Below, one piece after another: positions 61,194 through 64,000 of a DNA stretch of 64,000 bases. The stretch is from positions 620,001-684,000 of the forward strand of contig CM102287.1 in assembly GCA_046563655.1 (NCBI GenBank), given 5' to 3'. This DNA is from Yuukianura sp. NJ FZ-2021 (lineage: Eukaryota). A program made the position numbers and the translations under genes. The notes below the pieces were generated by a model, which had not been told where the DNA came from, made no database searches, and worked only from the letters and a program-made list of their open reading frames with translations. Every line of letters starts with the position of its first letter. The first letter of the stretch is position 1.

Positions 61194-61239
61194 CTACATT
61201 TAAGGAAACGTGAATCTAATTTTTTTCTGGCTTTCTTAC

Positions 61240-62457
61240 CTGTGAGGTGATCATGGTCACGACATTTTGTTCTCCCATTTGCACCGTCAAACTCTCCACC
61301 ACAAATATGAAAATTTGTGCTGCTGTGAAACATCGCCTCATCGTTCTCTGTCATTTTCATAGGAACATTAATTTTGTACAGTTCCAAGACATTTTTTGCA
61401 ATATGCAAAAGATCCTCAAGGAAAATTTCAATGGCGTCCTTGCCACGATAAACGCGGTATGTCACTAACTCGCCGGTATGTTTCACCAATGCATACGCAA
61501 ACCCAGCGGGAACATGTCGTTTCTCTTTGGTTATGGTGGTGCTGCTTAATGACGGACTGAGACGCTTTAGCAATGATTCAAGGTCGGCATAGACAACATA
61601 TCCGGCCTTCATCTGGTTTGAAACGTTTTCAAAGCTGACTTCTGGTGGACATTCACTGCCTGACTTGGGCATTTTTATTTTCTGAAACGTGAACATTTCA
61701 CAGTCAAGTCTGTGTTTATGTAACAGACATTTCCCATCACAATTGATTGTTTCACATGATTTCTGACACTTTTTAATCCTCTGTAGACAATTGAAGCATA
61801 ATACGCGTCGTTTACAGTTTCTTTTCCCGAGTAATCTATTTATGTTCCGAATTCCAACAAAGTGCCAGGAATCCGTTTTTTCGTTGCACAGGAGAATTAA
61901 ATTCGCGGTTTGAGCACTTACATAATTTTTTTCAGAAATTCGAATTGGAACAATCCCCTCAAAAGAGCACGACTCAAACACATTCACCGCAACGTTATTC
62001 ATTTCTTCAAACTTGGAAATTTCTGTCAATGAAACTGGGTACTTTACACAGTCGAAGTCGTGTAGGTGTTCAAACTGTTTGTACGACGAGGCGCGGGAAG
62101 TTTCCTTTGCAGGACGGTATAATGAGCTTAATATAGCCCACTTAAAACAGTAGTTTCCTCTAGCTTTGATATTGACAGTTGATCTGTTTGCCTGTAGAAA
62201 TTTGGGAAGCTTTTTCCAAGTGCCACCGGAGAAGGCTTGAAATCTGCCGATTCGAATATCCGCTCCGCATATTTTAGACAATTGCCACCCGGAACCATAC
62301 ACCTCAAAAATGCTAATGGAGTGTTCAATTTTAGAGATGCAATGCTTCAAAAATCGTCGCAAACTGTCTTGGTTGTTTAAAACATTCAACATATTAGAGT
62401 TCACCATTTTAGTCTGGTACTCAATAATATCACTTCCGTCTTTTGAGGAACACAAAT
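61240..62457 (-). pseudogene. polB: Polinton pPolB N-terminal exon, cut at 62457 by LTR element D
   Basis: GSGWQL, CFKWAILSSL, FEEMNNVAVNVF, VYADLESLL, YRGKDA, CRDHDHLTG|GTAAG donor. Confidence 0.9.
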
Positions 62458-62705
62458 TGTGACGGCGTAGTATTTTCCCCCGCCGTCTGAGGATTAGGAG
62501 GGGTCCGCACAGCCGCAGCAGAGCAGGAGGAGAGCTGCAGAGCCACGAGGCAGGACACCGCACCACACCACTTTAGTTTTAGTATTCATTTTAGTATTTA
62601 GATCTTTATTCCGAAGAATAAAGATCCAGTTCTCTTTTGGGTTTCACACGGGCGAGTCATCTTTTCAGATGTTCATTCAGGGGTGACACGGGGTCATTCC
62701 CTACA
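62458..62705 (+). repeat. Probable 5' LTR (248 bp) of LTR element D
   Basis: TGTGACG...CCCTACA interrupting polB; internal AATAAA; followed by PBS-like TGGCGACGTGACAG. Confidence 0.75.
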
Positions 62706-63872
62706 TTGGCGACGTGACAGAGCTTACCTCCAACCATGCCGAATCCATTGGGCTTCAGGCACAGGTCAAGGATCAAGACGTCGAGGTCAAGATCAGAGAA
62801 CCTCGCTCCAAAAGCAGCTGATCTTCAACCTCGACTTTAAATCAACGGATTCAAACGGACACATTTTTGGTACATCAAGGGTACGTTTAGTTAGTTGGGA
62901 CGCAGCGTAAACTGGCAGCAGTCCCTTAGTTGTAAGTTTTTAGAGGTCAGATTAGGTCAGAATCTTTTCCGTGACCTATGACATACACATGTGAGGCATG
63001 AATCGTTCATTTTTCATTTTTCCTTGTAAAATCAAAGTAAAACAATAAGATTCGCCCATGACCTGTTCAGTGCAATGTCATATGTTATTGTCAGTACGCG
63101 TATCCTAAAGTTCAGTATGGAATCGACATAAAAACGTTTTCTAAGGTAACGTATAGTAACGTAGAGTTAAAAATTGACCTAAAGACGTGGTATAACGTGG
63201 CGTGTTACAAAATGGCGTCGTGAGCATGCAGAGTCAGGTTATCAGCATCAGTTTCATTCAGTAGTGAATCGAGGTCACAGGAAATACCAAATTAGAGAGA
63301 TTGAATCAGAAACGCATACATGAATGAAAAGTTGTTAAAATTTTTGTAACTTAGTTGGACATGCAGTGAATCAAACCCAGTATCTTTCTAATCTTGACTT
63401 ACAATTCTAAAGTCTGCAGTTATAAAGTAAGACGCAACGTAGAGTAGGTTGTCGTCTCTTATCTCCTTCTATGTACATGATTAGTCGTTAATTTTTTCCA
63501 GTTGAGACGCAGTGTACATTAAGCAGCGTCTTTACAATTAGGTTGCAGTAAGGCGTAGATCTAAAGTTTGTTCATTGATTGGAAGTTATCACTTTGTTTT
63601 TCAAGTTTTTTGGAATGGAATGATTAATTCATGAGAAGTTATAAAGTAAATTGAAAGTAGAATTGTAAATGCGTAAAAGTTAAGGTTCTAGCGCTATAAA
63701 TTTTGAGACGCAATGTTGAACACGTCTCTCTTTGACTTATTCCTTTTAGTTTATAGTTAGTTATTAAAAACGATGGGACGACGCGAGTGGCGACGACCCA
63801 CCAAATTTTGTAAATTTGTAACAGTTAAGTTACTTTATAAGGCATAGAAGTTGCCAAAAAGATATATTCAGG

Positions 63873-63975
63873 GAAAAAAGCTAGAATTAGAGCTTAAAGA
63901 AATGTTTAGAAAAAAAAAGCTAGAATTAGAGCTTAAAGAAATGTTTAGAGAAAAAAGCTAGAATCAGAGCTTAAA
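63873..63975 (+). repeat. 38-39-bp tandem repeat, ~2.7 copies
   Basis: AAAAAAGCTAGAATTAGAGCTTAAAGAAATGTTTAG; a 39-nt unit could encode EKKLELELKEMFR (possible gag coiled coil). Confidence 0.8.
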
Positions 63976-64000
63976 CAAAAGAACAGATGAGTTTAATAGT

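Larger units (their letters stand above)
45307..62457. mobile_element. Polinton/Maverick (adintovirus-like) endogenous element, decayed; right end not in window
   Basis: Major and minor capsid, adenain-like protease, retroviral-like integrase, packaging ATPase, pPolB on opposite strand; left boundary approximate. Confidence 0.93.
62458..64000 (+). mobile_element. LTR element D, 5' LTR plus long leader, continues beyond window
   Basis: LTR + PBS, then a non-coding leader; no partner LTR visible. Confidence 0.6.

Noticed and set aside
61136..62566. 476-aa ORF as a complete gene
   Set aside because: Its N-terminus is read from LTR D antisense and its C-terminus runs through an intron into LTR C; only 61240-62457 is polB
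62890..63730. Recurring GACGCA-like words in the element D leader
   Set aside because: Too short and irregular to support a structure by eye

Overview
Eukaryotic DNA (probably an invertebrate animal; short AT-rich GT-AG introns) at the edge of a large satellite array. Bases 1-42420 are a ~410/411-bp tandem satellite interrupted by two young full-length LTR retrotransposons: a BEL/Pao element (22178-28504) and Ty3/Gypsy element A (32124-41365). From 42421 there is a nested stack. The 3' end of a minus-strand Gypsy-like element B is cut at ~45307 by a decayed, intron-containing Polinton/Maverick (adintovirus-like) element encoding capsids, protease, integrase, ATPase, IAP and pPolB. The Polinton's polB is in turn hit by Gypsy element C (54579-61193, inside an intron) and by LTR element D (from 62458). 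The main candidate for a new system is in elements A and B. These two divergent LTR families each carry a ~690-codon third ORF encoding an Rrp6/EXOSC10-like DEDDy exonuclease + HRDC + CCHC knuckle with intact catalytic residues. Each ORF is preceded by an array of short hairpins with a conserved loop and co-varying stems. All domain calls are by-eye motif recognition; no searches were run.
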